A stretch of 62,627 nt of DNA, filler included, from Candidatus Limnocylindrales bacterium (GTDB lineage: Bacteria > Moduliflexota > Moduliflexia > Moduliflexales > JAUQPW01): assembly GCA_035559535.1 (NCBI GenBank). It is 5 parts of 5 records of this genome, joined end to end, with 100 filler letters (N's around TTAATTAATTAA, not from the genome) between each part and the next. Parts side by side here need not be neighbours in the genome. Positions count along the whole stretch, not along the records: positions 57,154 to 62,627 come from DATMBG010000014.1; 4 more parts are not named here. One strand, 5' to 3'. The notes beneath the pieces were generated by a model. The model saw only the letters and a list, made by a program, of their open reading frames with translations. It made no database searches and was not told the origin of the DNA. Below, piece by piece: positions 61,259-62,627 of the stretch; position 1 is the first letter of the stretch, and every line of letters begins with the position of its first letter. The position numbers were made by a program, and so were the translations under genes.

Positions 61259-61921
61259 TCATTTTTTGCCTGGTTTTCGGAACCGGATAGTACAATACAT
61301 ACGAAACGTCTCGGGAAGGAAGCGGGGAATAGTCAGGACCTGTTCCATCAAAAATTTTTGGCTGAATGTTCGAATGACATCACGATGGGTAGAGACATGC
61401 TCGTCTTCGAGACGCGCATCAAAGGAAAGATAGCTCAACCTGAGGATGACCTCTGTCATCAGATTGGTTACTGGTACGCCAATGATGGCAAATCCTCCGG
61501 GTTGTAAGACTCTAAAAAATTCCTCGGCAGGGGATTGTAAGTCATGCAGGTGCTCCAGGACACTCATACAGACAATGGCATCCATACTCTCTGTTGCATA
61601 GGGTAGCATGCTGGCATTGGACTGGACGAGAGAAGCCGGAACAGACTCAATCCGTAACATCTGTAAGGTCTTATTCAGGTTAGGGTGAAGGTCGCAGGCA
61701 AAGAGACTCTCTGCGTGTCTGGCCAATTCCGGAAGGAAGATACCGGACCCACAACCTACCTCCAATAAGCGTCTTACACGCCCTCCCAGAAGTCGTAAGG
61801 CATCAGCAAACCGGGCTTTGTAAAAAGACCGGGCTATGGGAATATAATAGAGCTTAAGGGGATCCGCCGCGCTTGTTTCCTTGATGTTCTTTCTATCCGG
61901 TAATAGGATTTCCATCCGCAA
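61259..61921 (-). CDS. class I SAM-dependent methyltransferase
   Basis: LLEVGCGSG, SVLEHL, RVLQPGG; start 61921 or 61915. Confidence 0.88.
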   Translation of the reverse strand: MRMEILLPDRKNIKETSAADPLKLYYIPIARSFYKARFADALRLLGGRVRRLLEVGCGSGIFLPELARHAESLFACDLHPNLNKTLQMLRIESVPASLVQSNASMLPYATESMDAIVCMSVLEHLHDLQSPAEEFFRVLQPGGFAIIGVPVTNLMTEVILRLSYLSFDARLEDEHVSTHRDVIRTFSQKFLMEQVLTIPRFLPETFRMYCTIRFRKPGKK

Positions 61922-62138
61922 TACTTTTTCTACCTGACAGTGATATCATCCTGGGAATAACTATAGGCAATATTGTTGAAGCGGATGAAAATGTCAATAA
62001 GAAATTTTATTTGAACGGGAGTTTTGTAGGTAAAACGGAAAGGAGATTCAAGCGGGTACTCGTGACCATGGCTCTTCAGAAGAACTACTTTCTCCTTCCT
62101 TGAAAGGGAAGGGGGCCTGGAATCGGACTTTTTGGAAT

Positions 62139-62627
62139 CTAATCTGCTTTTACCATTTCACTTTTAAAGGAACGCTGGATGTATTCTTGCAGAATCTTGT
62201 CTAACCTGGATTCCTGACGACCAGAAACTAAGTTAAACAGAGTCCGAACCAACCGCCAGGGTCGTAAAGTATATTGGGTTCCATAAAATACCAAAAAACC
62301 TGCAATCCGTAAAAAGTTTAGCTCCCGGGAGGAGATCTTATCCGTCCATGATACTGCCCGAGCCATATCCGTGTAAGCCGTCAGGGAGAGAAAAAATTCA
62401 TCGGAAAGGGTATGGATTTTACCCTGTTCATACAATTCCATAAATAACTCTGAGCCAGGATAAGGAGAAAATATCGCAATAAGGATATCATGCACACCGA
62501 TTAAAGCCATCATAAACAAAAACCTAAGGGTCTGCCATACCTGCCACCGCGTCTCATCAGGAAATCCAAAAATAATGTTGGCCTTCACATTTAAACCACT
62601 CCGGACCGCCCCTCGCATCGAAGTCAA
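62139..62627 (-). CDS. radical SAM protein (probably B12-binding class), C-terminal part
   Basis: NIIFGFPDET, FSPYPGSELF. Confidence 0.8.
   Translation of the reverse strand: MTSMRGAVRSGLNVKANIIFGFPDETRWQVWQTLRFLFMMALIGVHDILIAIFSPYPGSELFMELYEQGKIHTLSDEFFLSLTAYTDMARAVSWTDKISSRELNFLRIAGFLVFYGTQYTLRPWRLVRTLFNLVSGRQESRLDKILQEYIQRSFKSEMVKAD

Overview
This window comes from a diderm bacterium (lpxB, outer-membrane porin). It consists of five contigs joined by artificial 100-nt linkers (44 N + TTAATTAATTAA + 44 N), so gene adjacency only holds within 1-15138, 15239-20344, 20445-31122, 31223-57053 and 57154-62627. Three loci stand out. (1) An eight-gene iron/redox cluster with Fur-like boxes (5.6-12.6 kb): two different two-domain multicopper oxidases (one looks like a minimal ceruloplasmin), a porin, Bfd, a bacterioferritin with Ser at ferroxidase ligand 127, and an ApbE / flavinylated-protein / cytochrome b module. 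(2) A PrdB-like selenoprotein that the ORF track splits in two (35401-36228), with an in-frame UGA in a U-x-x-C motif, a SECIS-like hairpin, and no reductase partners nearby. (3) A 1062-aa membrane-anchored protein that is almost entirely coiled coil, with a Fur-like box at its promoter. The window also has two unusual domain fusions (YHS plus AI-2E, zinc ribbon plus SCP2), a class III cyclase with a guanylate-cyclase-type Glu, RND efflux genes, uvrB, livKHMGF, lpxB, B12 radical SAM / methyltransferase / GT-C genes, IS982-like ends, MITEs, many REP-like palindromes and a contig of decayed genes. All family assignments come from reading motifs by eye; no database search was run.
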